Position numbers and translations under genes: made by a program. Of a DNA stretch of 64,000 nt, positions 18,881 to 29,492 are shown piece by piece. Source of the stretch: Candidatus Latescibacterota bacterium (lineage in GTDB: Bacteria; Latescibacterota; UBA2968); assembly GCA_965207885.1 (NCBI GenBank), contig OZ242311.1, forward strand, positions 3,744,001 through 3,808,000, given 5' to 3'. Position 1 is the stretch's first letter. Each line of letters begins with the position of its first letter. Below the pieces are notes generated by a model. It worked only from the letters and a program-made list of their open reading frames with translations, did no database searches and had not been told where the DNA came from.

Positions 18881-19648
18881 ATGCCAGCAGCACTCGTCAC
18901 CGGATCCAGCAGAGGTATAGGCAGAGGCATTGCGTTCTGCCTTGCCGACGCGGGCTACGACATCCTCGTCAACTACGCGGGCAATCTAACCGCAGCAGAA
19001 GAAACCGCAACAGGCGTTCAAGAACGCGGACAAAACGCCCATATATGTCAGGGCGACATAACCCGCATAGAAGATGGCAAACGCCTCGTAGATACCACAC
19101 TCGACGCCTTTGGCCGCCTCGACATGCTCGTCAACAACGCCGGCATTGCCCCCCGCGTGCGCGCCGACATACTCGAAGCCACGCCAGAAAGCTATGAAGA
19201 CGTCATGAACACCAACCTCAAAGGACCCTACTTTTTAACCCAATACGCGGCAAATCACATGATCGCACTCAAACAACAGGGAAAAATACAAACACCGCGC
19301 ATCGTCGTCATCACCTCCATATCGGCCTACACCTCTTCAACAGCGCGCGGCGAATACTGCGTCTCAAAAGCAGGCCTGAGCATGATGACGCGCCTATTTG
19401 CCGACCGGCTCGCAGAACACGGCATCCCCGTCAATGAAATCCAGCCGGGCATCATCCAGACCGACATGACAGGCCCCGTAAAAGAAAAATACGACCACCT
19501 GATCGCGGATGGACTAACCCCCATCCGCAGGTGGGGACAACCCGAAGACATCGGCAAAGCAGTAGCCGCCATTGGACTCGGCTATTTCGACTTCACAACC
19601 GGCGCGGCAATCCCGGTTGACGGCGGATTCCACATGCATCGGCTCTGA
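18881..19648 (+). CDS. SDR family oxidoreductase (3-ketoacyl-ACP reductase-like)
   Basis: TGSSRGIG, NNAG, YCVSK, VDGG; GGAGG RBS. Confidence 0.92.
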   Translation: MPAALVTGSSRGIGRGIAFCLADAGYDILVNYAGNLTAAEETATGVQERGQNAHICQGDITRIEDGKRLVDTTLDAFGRLDMLVNNAGIAPRVRADILEATPESYEDVMNTNLKGPYFLTQYAANHMIALKQQGKIQTPRIVVITSISAYTSSTARGEYCVSKAGLSMMTRLFADRLAEHGIPVNEIQPGIIQTDMTGPVKEKYDHLIADGLTPIRRWGQPEDIGKAVAAIGLGYFDFTTGAAIPVDGGFHMHRL

Positions 19649-19701
19649 TTTGGTAGCCAGCACACGGCCTCATTTAGCCTTTGATTTCCTGGGGTACGAG
19701 G

Positions 19702-19730
19702 TTGACATATTTGCCCTTATATCCTACCTT
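19702..19730 (+). promoter_or_regulatory. Putative sigma70 promoter
   Basis: TTGACA-17 bp-TACCTT. Confidence 0.5.
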
Positions 19731-19779
19731 ATAAGTAAGCATAAAATATCGTATTCGACGCTTTCAAGTGAGGACCCAA

Positions 19780-20559
19780 ATGCTGAAACGCTTTTTTAGT
19801 AAAAATGACGAAGAACCAGACAATGGTACAAGCAAAGAAAGACAAATCCACATCGAAGGGCAAGACGAGCACGTTCAGGAAGCCATGGACCTCCTCGCAC
19901 AAGAGGATCAAGATGAACTCGACGAAGCCCTTGACGAAGTTAATGAAACCGTAAGAGAAGCCGCCAGAGCCTCCCTGCGCGACCTGAGACTCATGCAAGA
20001 GGGCCACTGTCCCTCCTGTGGCCACAAAACACTGCGGCAATTTCTCTTTACAACTGTGTGTTCCAGTTGCGGTTGGTTTTCATTTATCTCGCCCGAAGAA
20101 GGCAAATCTCACATCCACCTGCAAAGTGGGCGCACCATTGAATGCGGCACCACATTTGACACCAAAGGCGACTTTGTACTCGGCATCACAAGTGGTGTGG
20201 TTCGCGCCAAAGTGCCCAAGGAAAATGTCGAATACATCGAATTTTCCTGGACCGACGAAGAAGTTCGGCGCAAACGCGAATCCCGCGCAAAAGAGGAAAC
20301 GGGAATATGCAGCTGGTGCGAAAAATCCCTCGCAGATGATAGTGATGATAATATCATTGTCTATGCGGCTTTTGGCTCCACTCAGGAACGCTATGTCTTC
20401 TGTTCGACAAAATGCAACGAAGCCTTCCAAAAACAATACCCCATTCGCATTCACAAAAATTGCTATGAACGCTCCTGCCTCGATTGCGACCTGTGCAACA
20501 AACGTTACCTGGGCGAAGACGAGACCTTCCTCAAATTGCTCGAACAAGGGAAAGTGTGA
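19780..20559 (+). CDS. Hypothetical multi-zinc-finger protein
   Basis: CPSC..CSSC, CSWC...FCSTKC, HKNC...CLDCDLC; GAGG RBS; own promoter and terminator. Confidence 0.8.
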   Translation: MLKRFFSKNDEEPDNGTSKERQIHIEGQDEHVQEAMDLLAQEDQDELDEALDEVNETVREAARASLRDLRLMQEGHCPSCGHKTLRQFLFTTVCSSCGWFSFISPEEGKSHIHLQSGRTIECGTTFDTKGDFVLGITSGVVRAKVPKENVEYIEFSWTDEEVRRKRESRAKEETGICSWCEKSLADDSDDNIIVYAAFGSTQERYVFCSTKCNEAFQKQYPIRIHKNCYERSCLDCDLCNKRYLGEDETFLKLLEQGKV

Positions 20560-20590
20560 GAAGGCGGTCACCCCGCCCAACCCAAAAATC

Positions 20591-20628
20591 AATCCCCCAT
20601 CGCAATGATACGCGATGGGGGATTTTTT
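20591..20628. terminator. Bidirectional intrinsic terminator
   Basis: AATCCCCCATCGC/GCGATGGGGGATT hairpin with a T-run, between convergent genes. Confidence 0.85.
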
Positions 20629-20647
20629 GTCGGTCTATCAGATGTGT

Positions 20648-22612
20648 TTATCGCTTTTTATCTGTAGTTTGTAATTGCTTCACGCCCTTTTCTACATCTT
20701 CCATCGCCGACATAATCCCATCAATAAATTCATCTGCCGCATCTTCTTTCTGCTTTTGCTGCTGTTCGTAGAGCAAGCGATAGACCTCGCACTCTTCCAG
20801 CAAATCGTCGTGGAAACCCCAGCCCGCCATGCGACCATTATCCAGCACCAGAATGCGATCTGCTCGCATCGCCGTAGAAATCCGGTGGGTAATCACAAAA
20901 GTAGTACGCCCCTCCATCAAATGGTCCAGCGTCTCTTGAATCTTCGCCTCTGTCTTTGCGTCCAGCGCAGAGGTCGTATCGTCCAAAATCAGAATACTGG
21001 GATCGGTGACAACAGCCATCGCAAAAGCCAGACGCTGTTTTTGACCGCCCGATAAATTGGTACCGCGCTCCTCGACCGGCGCTTCGTATTTCTCTGGCAG
21101 CGTCATAATAAAATCGTGCAACTCCGCCGCCTTAGCCGCAGCCATCACCTGCTCGGGCGTGGTATAGGGCTGACCGTAGCGAATATTATCGGCAATTGTC
21201 CCGGAAAAAAGAACGGGTTCCTGGGGCACCATACTGATATGCTGTCGCAGTGAAGAAATTTTGACATCTTGTATATCGTAATCGTCCAGAATAATTCTCC
21301 CCTCTGTGGGTTCATAAAGACGCATCAACAAACTCACCAGCGTACTCTTCCCCGAACCCGAAGGCCCAACCACGGCCACCGAAGTGCCTGGCCGCACGAC
21401 AAACTTGAGATCTCGAAGAACGTAATCACCAGCATCTGTATAGCGAAACGACACATTGCGAAACGACACGCGTCCGCGTACTTTGTCGAGGGTCTTCGCA
21501 TCTTCCCTATCCCGAATAATCACCTCTTCATCCAGCACCTCAAACACGCGACTGATCACCACCAGCATCTGTTGCAACGTAGCATTCACATTGGCAAGAG
21601 CAACCAGTGGCGAAAAAAGATTCCCCATCGACATAGAAAAATAAACCAATTCTCCAACCGTCATCATACCGCCGCGAACCTGCAACGCGCCAAAATAAAA
21701 GATCAGACCCATTGCAACCCCCCCCACAACCGAACAGACTGACCCCAGACCAGAACTCAAAACAGACTGCTTGACGCCCAACCGATACAACCCGATCAGA
21801 CGCCTGAAAAAGTCCCGAAACTCCCGTCTTTCTCGCGCATAAGACAGGATGAGGCGAATCCCCTTTGAGCGTTCTTCCAACAGCGCAGAAACCTCGGCAT
21901 AATCCTCTCGAAACCGCATAAAAACATTCGCTATCGGACGCTGAAACACCTTATAGGTCACGACGTACGCGGGCAATGCAACAAAAGCCATCAGCGCGAG
22001 CTTGACATCAATCGTAAACAGAATCGCCGTACCCATCAAAATGCGCGCAACATGCCGCAGCGTCTCTACAAAAGTCGTCGTAATTTCGCTCTGCAACAAC
22101 CCCACATCATCCAAAATGCGCGCCATAATCCGCCCGGTTTGCTGGCGATCAAAAAACGTCATCTGCAACTGCTGCACTTTCTCGTGCAGCGCAAGGCGAA
22201 TGCGGAAAACAATCCGCTGCCCCACATAGGCGATGCTATACGTATAAAACCAGTTGAGCGTGGCAAAAAACGATCTCACGACCAGGTAGAGAATGAAAAT
22301 CCACCCCAACCATTCCAGTTTTTCCGTGCGCGTTTTGGGCAGCATTATCCCGCCTTCTTTGCCCAGCCCCGGAATCGTCGCCTGCGGATCTCGCTTTGGG
22401 CGCCTCTCCTCCTGAATCAAAGACTGCATGTGGGCTTCTGAAACGACCTCACCCGCGGGCTTAAGTTGCAAGACCTCGTCAACTGTAATTTTTGAAATAA
22501 ACCCGAGCAAAAACGTATAGGACGACGTAATAGTAGCCATCGCAATGACCATTAACAGGCGTCCCCAATACGGCTTGATATACAAAATGGTAAATCGCTT
22601 TAAGTTTTCCAT
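20648..22612 (-). CDS. ABC exporter, fused permease/ATPase (MsbA/MdlB-like)
   Basis: TM domain plus GPSGSGKS, LSGGQKQR and degenerate Walker B LDDTT. Confidence 0.92.
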   Translation of the reverse strand: MENLKRFTILYIKPYWGRLLMVIAMATITSSYTFLLGFISKITVDEVLQLKPAGEVVSEAHMQSLIQEERRPKRDPQATIPGLGKEGGIMLPKTRTEKLEWLGWIFILYLVVRSFFATLNWFYTYSIAYVGQRIVFRIRLALHEKVQQLQMTFFDRQQTGRIMARILDDVGLLQSEITTTFVETLRHVARILMGTAILFTIDVKLALMAFVALPAYVVTYKVFQRPIANVFMRFREDYAEVSALLEERSKGIRLILSYARERREFRDFFRRLIGLYRLGVKQSVLSSGLGSVCSVVGGVAMGLIFYFGALQVRGGMMTVGELVYFSMSMGNLFSPLVALANVNATLQQMLVVISRVFEVLDEEVIIRDREDAKTLDKVRGRVSFRNVSFRYTDAGDYVLRDLKFVVRPGTSVAVVGPSGSGKSTLVSLLMRLYEPTEGRIILDDYDIQDVKISSLRQHISMVPQEPVLFSGTIADNIRYGQPYTTPEQVMAAAKAAELHDFIMTLPEKYEAPVEERGTNLSGGQKQRLAFAMAVVTDPSILILDDTTSALDAKTEAKIQETLDHLMEGRTTFVITHRISTAMRADRILVLDNGRMAGWGFHDDLLEECEVYRLLYEQQQKQKEDAADEFIDGIMSAMEDVEKGVKQLQTTDKKR

Positions 22613-22616
22613 AATC

Positions 22617-24392
22617 TCAACTCGCCATAGCCTCTACAGCCTCTTCAATAGACCCCGCAGCCTGCTGCTCGTAAAGCTGGCGATACTTTCCATCGGGTAT
22701 TTGCAACAATTCGCTATGCGTCCCCTGTTCAATAATCTCGCCATGGTCCATCACAACAATAATATCAGCATTGACAATCGTCGATAATCGATGTGCAATG
22801 GCAAAGGACGTCCGCTCCTTTAACACCCTGGTCATCGCCTTTTGTATCAGAGCCTCCGATAGAGAATCGAGTGACGAAGTCGCTTCATCCAGAATTAAAA
22901 CCGACGGATTGGTCAGCACGGCTCTCGCAATGGCGAGGCGCTGTTTTTCTCCCACAGACAGTTTAATCCCATCTTTTCCCAGCATCGAATCGTAACCCTC
23001 GGGCGTACGCATAATAAATTCGTGAATCTCGGCAATACGCGCCGCCTCAATCAACTCGGCATCTGTGGCATCTGCGCGACCGTATAGCAAATTCTCCCGG
23101 ATCGTACCATCGAACATCACCGAATCTTGCAACACCTGGCCGATTTGTGTACGCAGGCTCCTCAACTTCACATCCCTCAAATCGTGGCCATCAATTGTAA
23201 TACGCCCTTCCTTCACATCGTAAAAGCGCATCAACAAACTCGTCAACGTCGTCTTGCCGCATCCCGTATGCCCCACCAGCGCAACCATCTGCCCTGGCTG
23301 TACCTCCAGGTTGATCCCCTTCAAAACCGGCTCATCCTCTTTGTACTCAAAATGCACATTTTCAAATTTAATATGCCCTTTTATCGGCGGCAATTCGACG
23401 GCATCTTCCTTGTCCTTAATCTCTATGGGAAAATCTAATATTTCCAATACGCGATCCACAGACACCATCACGGATTGAAGGCGCATGGCAATTTGCGTGA
23501 GATTGAGAATGGGCTGAAACATCCGGCTCGAATAAGAAAAAAAGGCCATCACAGCCCCATAAGTCATCTCGCCCTCAATCACGTAATAACAGCCCAAACA
23601 AAAAATCACCGTATTGCGCAATCCCGACACCCCCCAGGACCCCGCCATATAGCCAGCGCGATTTGTGGCAGTCTGCATCGCCGCATCCAAACTCTCGTGC
23701 GTATCTTCTGCAAATGAGCGGTGTTCTCTGCGCTCTCGCCCATAAGATTTTACCAGTTGCACCCCGGACAACCGCTCTTGTAGTCCAACCGACACCTGGT
23801 CCATCTTTTTGCGCCAGAGACTGTAAGACTCCCGCATTGGCGTGCGCCACCCGTAATAATTGAAAAAATACAGGGGCATCAGCAAAAGCAGCAGGCACCC
23901 CATCTTCCAATTCAAACCCATGCACAGCGCAAGCGCCACCCAGAACGACACAAAATCAACGAGAATGCCCAGCATGCGCGACGTCACCATACTGCGTACA
24001 CTCGCAATATCAGACATAATGCGCGACATAATTTTGCCCGTACCCATCTCGTCGTAAAAGCGCATGGGCAATTTCAACATGTACTCATACGTGAACCTCC
24101 GCATACTCGTCGTAATCCCCCACCCCACATACGCATTGGTAAATGAGACCCAAACGCGCATCGCAGCGGACGTGATAGGCAGACAAATCGAAATAAACAA
24201 AAGCACTTCCAGCAAATGCCAGTTGCCCATGGTAATGACATCATCGATGATAAACTTCATCACCAGAGGGGGCAGCATGCTCAGTGCCGTCATCGTCGCC
24301 GTCAGGCAAAACAGCAAGATCAGGCGCGATTTGTAAGGCGTGACAAAATGCGCGAGCTTGCGCAGCTTGTCGGTATTGCTCTCATCTGCCAT
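22617..24392 (-). CDS. ABC exporter, fused permease/ATPase (probable heterodimer partner)
   Basis: TM domain plus GHTGCGKT, degenerate signature LSVGEKQR and LDEATS. Confidence 0.92.
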   Translation of the reverse strand: MADESNTDKLRKLAHFVTPYKSRLILLFCLTATMTALSMLPPLVMKFIIDDVITMGNWHLLEVLLFISICLPITSAAMRVWVSFTNAYVGWGITTSMRRFTYEYMLKLPMRFYDEMGTGKIMSRIMSDIASVRSMVTSRMLGILVDFVSFWVALALCMGLNWKMGCLLLLLMPLYFFNYYGWRTPMRESYSLWRKKMDQVSVGLQERLSGVQLVKSYGRERREHRSFAEDTHESLDAAMQTATNRAGYMAGSWGVSGLRNTVIFCLGCYYVIEGEMTYGAVMAFFSYSSRMFQPILNLTQIAMRLQSVMVSVDRVLEILDFPIEIKDKEDAVELPPIKGHIKFENVHFEYKEDEPVLKGINLEVQPGQMVALVGHTGCGKTTLTSLLMRFYDVKEGRITIDGHDLRDVKLRSLRTQIGQVLQDSVMFDGTIRENLLYGRADATDAELIEAARIAEIHEFIMRTPEGYDSMLGKDGIKLSVGEKQRLAIARAVLTNPSVLILDEATSSLDSLSEALIQKAMTRVLKERTSFAIAHRLSTIVNADIIVVMDHGEIIEQGTHSELLQIPDGKYRQLYEQQAAGSIEEAVEAMAS

Positions 24393-24589
24393 ATCGATCT
24401 CATCTCAAAAATAAGTTGCAGATTTTTGGATCTCGACGCTTCTTTATTTATACATCTTTGGGCACAAACATAAATAATATTTAAGAACAGATATGGAAAT
24501 ATAAAGATACCTTTTAATTAAATCAAGCCCCTCTCATCCGAATAGACGTGTATCCGGGTTCAGATTTCGCACCTCCTGCATCTTCAGCC

Positions 24590-25873
24590 ATGAAAAATCT
24601 CTCAACAATGACCATTGCGCAAATTCGCGGCCACATCAAATCTGTCAATCGCCCTGACGAAGCATACCTCTGCGCCCTCGAACAGGACCCCCGCGCTGGT
24701 GTTCGCGCAATCGCAGAACAGATGAGAAAAAAGCAAAAAGCACAAGCCCGTGAAAACGCGCGCCTCGAACAAATGCTCATCATAGAAAAAAAACTCAGAG
24801 AACGGGGCATCCAGCACATCGCAGGCGTAGATGAAGCCGGGCGAGGTCCCCTCGCAGGACCGGTTATCGCCGCCGCGGTTATCCTACCGCCAGATACACT
24901 CATCCCCGGTTTGAACGACTCCAAAGCACTATCCGAAAAACGCAGGGAAGAACTTTTTGAAACCATCCACAATATAGCCCTCACCATTGGCACAGGCAAA
25001 GCATCTCCACGAGAAATAGACAAATTCAACATCCGCAACGCCACCCACCAGGCCATGTGCGAGGCTCTCGCCGCCCTCAGCATCTCGCCAGACCGCGTGC
25101 TCATCGATGGCAATGCCATCCCGGGCAGCCCATTCCCCGAACAAGCGGTCATAGGTGGTGATCGTAAGTCGCTTTCTATAGCCGCCGCGTCTGTCATTGC
25201 CAAAGTAACGCGCGATCGCCTGATGATCGATTACCACGCGCAATACCCCGCTTACGGCTTTGCCGGTCACAAGGGATACGGCAGCGCCGATCACCTCGCC
25301 GCCTTGCAAAAACACGGTCCCTGTCCTATCCACCGCCGATCTTTCCGGGGCGTCTTTGAAGTCAGGCGCTCTGAAGATTTTAAAATTTTTGCTGAGGGTA
25401 TTCAAACTGCCATCAACCTCGACCAACTTCAAGCCATAGGAAAAACCATTGCCAGTGCCAGCAAACATATCCCCCAGGATGACGTACACGCCCTGCGCAT
25501 GCTATTTCGCAAACAACGCACCCGCCTGCAACAATCCGGTCCCAAAGGCGAACAATTGGCAGAAAAATTTCTAAAACAAAAAGGATATAGCATTCGCGGG
25601 CGCGGATTTCGCGCCCTGGGCGGTGAAATCGACATCATTGCAGTAAAAAACAACATCCTGATCTTTGTCGAAGTCAAAACCGCGACCACTTCGCATTTTG
25701 GGCAGCCAGAGGCCTGGGTGACGCCTGCCAAACAAGCGCAAATTATCAAAGTTGCCCAAGCCTACCTGCACCAACGCTCCGACCACTCGGCACCGAGATT
25801 TGACGTCATCGCCATTGACCTGACACAATCGCGCCCTGTCATCCGCCACTACGAAAACGCTTTTACAGCTTAG
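24590..25873 (+). CDS. rnhB: Ribonuclease HII fused to a C-terminal YraN (UPF0102) domain
   Basis: AGVDEAGRGPLAGPV, DSK, IAAASVIAKVTRD, HKGY, HRRSF; then GEQLA..FL..KGY, GEIDII, FVEVK, PRFDVIAI, HYENAF. Confidence 0.92.
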   Translation: MKNLSTMTIAQIRGHIKSVNRPDEAYLCALEQDPRAGVRAIAEQMRKKQKAQARENARLEQMLIIEKKLRERGIQHIAGVDEAGRGPLAGPVIAAAVILPPDTLIPGLNDSKALSEKRREELFETIHNIALTIGTGKASPREIDKFNIRNATHQAMCEALAALSISPDRVLIDGNAIPGSPFPEQAVIGGDRKSLSIAAASVIAKVTRDRLMIDYHAQYPAYGFAGHKGYGSADHLAALQKHGPCPIHRRSFRGVFEVRRSEDFKIFAEGIQTAINLDQLQAIGKTIASASKHIPQDDVHALRMLFRKQRTRLQQSGPKGEQLAEKFLKQKGYSIRGRGFRALGGEIDIIAVKNNILIFVEVKTATTSHFGQPEAWVTPAKQAQIIKVAQAYLHQRSDHSAPRFDVIAIDLTQSRPVIRHYENAFTA

Positions 25874-25902
25874 ACCAATCCCTAAATTTTCCCTCTTAAA
25901 CC

Positions 25903-25931
25903 TTGACAATACCCTCTCTTACCTTTATTTT
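25903..25931 (+). promoter_or_regulatory. Putative sigma70 promoter of hisS-aspS
   Basis: TTGACA-17 bp-TATTTT. Confidence 0.55.
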
Positions 25932-25973
25932 CGTTTTCTATTATAAAAAATAATTTGCAACGGATATACACCC

Positions 25974-27266
25974 ATGCCACAGTTAATTCCCAAAGTAAAA
26001 GGCACCCGCGATTTTTATCCCGAAGATTGGGCCTACCAGAAATGGCTCTGCGAGAAATTTATCGGCGTTGGCAACCTCTTTGGATATAGAGAATACGAAA
26101 GTACAATACTCGAATACATGGCCCTCTACCTGGGCAAAAGCAGCGAAGAAATCGTCACACAACAGACATTCACGCTATCTGATCGGGACGACAAACAACT
26201 CGTCATGCGCCCAGAACTCACCCCCACACTCGCGCGCATGGTCGCCCAAAAAGAAGGCGAACTCACCTTCCCTATCCGCTGGCAATCCTACGGCCGGTTC
26301 TTTCGCTACGAGCGCCCCCAACGCGGTCGCGGTCGTTCCTTTTTTCAATGGAACATCGACGCGCTTGGCAGCGATAGCTATCTGGCCGACGCCGAAATAA
26401 TCACCATAGCTTGCACGCTATTCAAACACCTCGACCTCAGTACCCAACACGCCACTATTAGAGTCAACGACCGACAGGGTCTCGAAAATTTAATCGCCAA
26501 AGAACTGGCCCTACCGCCCGAGAATATCAGACCCGTTTTGGGGGCCATTGACCGCATAGACAAAATGCCCGAGGAAAAATTCCGCATCTATCTCGCCGAT
26601 GATCTGGATCTCAGTACAGATCAAATCGATACCCTCTACGAAATCCTTCAAACGGCAGATCTGACATTTTCCCCCTGGCTCCAGCGTATATTTGAGCAAC
26701 TCGACAAAAATGGTGTCATAGAATTTGTAAAACTCGACCTCAAAATCGTGCGCGGTTTTGACTACTATACGCGCACGGTATTTGAAGCATGGGCCAAAAC
26801 CTCATTGCGCCGTGCCCTCTTTGGAGGAGGTCGTTACGACAATCTCACGCGCCAGGTGGGCGGCAAACGCCAGGTACCGGGCGTGGGATTTGCAGTCGGC
26901 GATATGGCCATCACCGAATTGCTGAAAGAAATAGACATTTATCCCCAACTCGAAACGCCCGGCGCCCGCGTCTTTGTTACGATATTTTCAGAAGACCTGC
27001 TCACCCAATCGTCTTCTTTTGCCGAAAAACTGCGCCAGGAGGGTATCGCAACAGAACTGCACCTTATTCCGGGACAGCGTCTCGACAGACAATTCAAATA
27101 TGCAGATCGTCAAAATATTCCCTTTGCAGCGGTTATTGGGCCAGATGAAGCATCTGCAAATACCATCGTACTCAAAGACCTCAAAGCGCGCGCACAGCAA
27201 ATTTTTTCACAAAACGACCTGTGCGCGATAAAAACAACGCTTAAAAACGGAATTACCCAAGCGTAG
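25974..27266 (+). CDS. hisS: Histidine--tRNA ligase
   Basis: KGTRDFYP, RPELT, FRYERPQRGR, RGFDYYT, GGGRYD. Confidence 0.97.
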   Translation: MPQLIPKVKGTRDFYPEDWAYQKWLCEKFIGVGNLFGYREYESTILEYMALYLGKSSEEIVTQQTFTLSDRDDKQLVMRPELTPTLARMVAQKEGELTFPIRWQSYGRFFRYERPQRGRGRSFFQWNIDALGSDSYLADAEIITIACTLFKHLDLSTQHATIRVNDRQGLENLIAKELALPPENIRPVLGAIDRIDKMPEEKFRIYLADDLDLSTDQIDTLYEILQTADLTFSPWLQRIFEQLDKNGVIEFVKLDLKIVRGFDYYTRTVFEAWAKTSLRRALFGGGRYDNLTRQVGGKRQVPGVGFAVGDMAITELLKEIDIYPQLETPGARVFVTIFSEDLLTQSSSFAEKLRQEGIATELHLIPGQRLDRQFKYADRQNIPFAAVIGPDEASANTIVLKDLKARAQQIFSQNDLCAIKTTLKNGITQA

Positions 27267-27275
27267 GAGACAGCC

Positions 27276-29051
27276 ATGTCAGAGTCGCTCGGCGACTGGA
27301 AACGCACACACAACTGCGGCGAATTGCGCATCGAAAATGTAGGCGAAGAAGTCTGCCTGATGGGGTGGGTTGGCAAAAGACGCGACCACGGAGGCGTCAT
27401 ATTTGTCGATTTGCGCGACCGCTACGGCATCACCCAGGTAGTCTTTCGGCCCGATCTCGAAGAAGAGACACACGCCATTGCCGAAAAAATTCGCAACGAA
27501 TTTGTCCTCGCAATAAAAGGCAGAGTTGAGCCGCGCCCAGAAGGCATGACAAATCCAAAATTGCCCACCGGCGCCATCGACATCGAATGTTCGGATCTGC
27601 GTCTTCTCAACGAAGCGGACACCCCGCCATTTGCCATAGAACCCGACATCGACGTCAACGAAGAACTGCGCTTGCGCTATCGCTACCTCGACCTGCGCCG
27701 CCCCGATATGCAACAAGCCCTGTTCCTGAGGCATAACGCCGCACAGGAGACGCGCAAATATTTGATTGGCCAGGGCTTTCTCGAAATCGAAACCCCCTTT
27801 CTCATGAAAAGTACGCCCGAAGGTGCAAGAGATTATCTCGTTCCATCTCGCGTTCAAAGAGGCAACTTCTATGCCCTACCCCAATCGCCGCAAACCTACA
27901 AACAGTTGCTCATGATCGCCAGCTATGATCGCTACTTTCAAATCGTGCGCTGCTTCCGCGATGAAGACCTGCGGGGTGACCGCCAGCCCGAGTTTACCCA
28001 AATTGACATTGAAATGGCATTTGTCACAGAAACCGATGTCATGCAACTCGCAGAAGGGCTTACGCGGCACCTTTTTGAACACGTCATAGGCTTTGATATC
28101 CCCTCCCCCATACCACAAATGACCTATCGCGAGGCGATTGACCGCTTTGGAACCGATCGCCCGGATACGCGCTTCAGCCTCGAAATTGTCGATATTGCAA
28201 AAGCTGCTCTCGCTTCGGAATTTCGGGTCTTTAAATCCGTAATTGATTCCGGAGGGCAAGTTCGCGCCATTAATGCCAAAGGATGTGCAAACTACTCGCG
28301 CAAACAAATTGATGACCTTACGACCTTTGTTGCACAACACGGAGCTAAGGGACTCGCCTGGATTAAAGTGACCGACCAGGGACTCGAATCATCAATTGTC
28401 AAGTTCTTCCCCGATCAAGCCCAACAAATACTCAGAGAATCACTCGACGCACAGACGGGAGACCTGCTTTTATTTGTCGCTGATCAACCCGCAATTGTCG
28501 CAAACGCACTGGGCAATCTGCGCTTAGAACTCGCACGGCAACAAGACCTTATGGAGACCGGCGCCTTTAGTTTTTTATGGGTGACGCAGTTCCCCCTCCT
28601 CGAATTTGATGACGTTGAAAAACGCTACGTCGCCTGCCACCATCCCTTCACTTCCCCTATGGAAGCAGACCTCAATGAGCTTGAAACAGCCCCGGGTGAT
28701 GTTCGCGCCAGAGCTTATGATCTCGTTCTCAATGGCAACGAAATCGCTGGCGGAAGTATTCGTATCCACCACAGAGAAATCCAGGAGCGCGTGTTTCGCA
28801 TGTTGGGGATATCCGAAAGCGAATCGCGGGAAAAATTTGGCTTCTTACTCGACGCCTTTCGATATGGCGCGCCTCCCCATGGCGGCATCGCGTTTGGATA
28901 CGACCGCCTGGTCGCCCTCATGGCCGGCAAAGCGTTTATCCGCGATGTCATTCCATTTCCGAAAACCAATACAGCGGCATCGCTCATGGATGGGGCACCA
29001 TCCATAGCAGATCCCACCCAACTCCGCGAACTCGGTTTGCGATTATTGTAA
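27276..29051 (+). CDS. aspS: Aspartate--tRNA ligase
   Basis: RTHNCGELR, RDHGG, ALPQSPQ, FRDEDLR, PPHGGIAFG, IRDVIPFPK. Confidence 0.98.
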   Translation: MSESLGDWKRTHNCGELRIENVGEEVCLMGWVGKRRDHGGVIFVDLRDRYGITQVVFRPDLEEETHAIAEKIRNEFVLAIKGRVEPRPEGMTNPKLPTGAIDIECSDLRLLNEADTPPFAIEPDIDVNEELRLRYRYLDLRRPDMQQALFLRHNAAQETRKYLIGQGFLEIETPFLMKSTPEGARDYLVPSRVQRGNFYALPQSPQTYKQLLMIASYDRYFQIVRCFRDEDLRGDRQPEFTQIDIEMAFVTETDVMQLAEGLTRHLFEHVIGFDIPSPIPQMTYREAIDRFGTDRPDTRFSLEIVDIAKAALASEFRVFKSVIDSGGQVRAINAKGCANYSRKQIDDLTTFVAQHGAKGLAWIKVTDQGLESSIVKFFPDQAQQILRESLDAQTGDLLLFVADQPAIVANALGNLRLELARQQDLMETGAFSFLWVTQFPLLEFDDVEKRYVACHHPFTSPMEADLNELETAPGDVRARAYDLVLNGNEIAGGSIRIHHREIQERVFRMLGISESESREKFGFLLDAFRYGAPPHGGIAFGYDRLVALMAGKAFIRDVIPFPKTNTAASLMDGAPSIADPTQLRELGLRLL

Positions 29052-29085
29052 TCACAGAGGGTCATAACGCATTCAAAACTTTTTC

Positions 29086-29114
29086 TTGACTTTCTGTATT
29101 TTATGTAGTACTTT
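29086..29114 (+). promoter_or_regulatory. Putative sigma70 promoter
   Basis: TTGACT-17 bp-TACTTT upstream of the lipoprotein gene. Confidence 0.5.
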
Positions 29115-29208
29115 GTCTAAAAGTTGTATTATCAGTTTTTTCAGTTTCTCCCTAAACTCTTGATAATTCAAATACTTACGTCAATATTTATGAGGAGGCA
29201 GTCGGGTT

Positions 29209-29454
29209 ATGAAAAGACTCAAAAAAGCGGCAGGTTGTGGTCTGTTACTTGTTCTGTTATCTGGATGTTGCACGCCAATGGCCTCAAGATCGCAACTCCA
29301 AATGCTTGAAGAAGCGCGTAAAGCCGCAGAATCGGCTGAAGCCGACCTCGCAGCCTGTAAGCAACATCGGGCCGAGTTGGAACGCCAATTGGCACAGAAA
29401 AAGCAGGTTCTGGCCGAGTGGCAAAATATCTTGAGTCAGTGCAACAGATCTTGA
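29209..29454 (+). CDS. Small coiled-coil lipoprotein
   Basis: Lipobox LSGC followed by a heptad-rich helix; GAGGAGG RBS. Confidence 0.75.
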   Translation: MKRLKKAAGCGLLLVLLSGCCTPMASRSQLQMLEEARKAAESAEADLAACKQHRAELERQLAQKKQVLAEWQNILSQCNRS

Positions 29455-29492
29455 GCCAGTAATCTTTTGGTGTGTGGAAAGGAGTTGGTCGG

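Noticed and set aside
20648-24392. Tandem ABC exporters as part of a RiPP/bacteriocin cluster
   Set aside because: No peptidase domain, precursor peptide or modifying enzymes; looks like a standard asymmetric heterodimeric exporter
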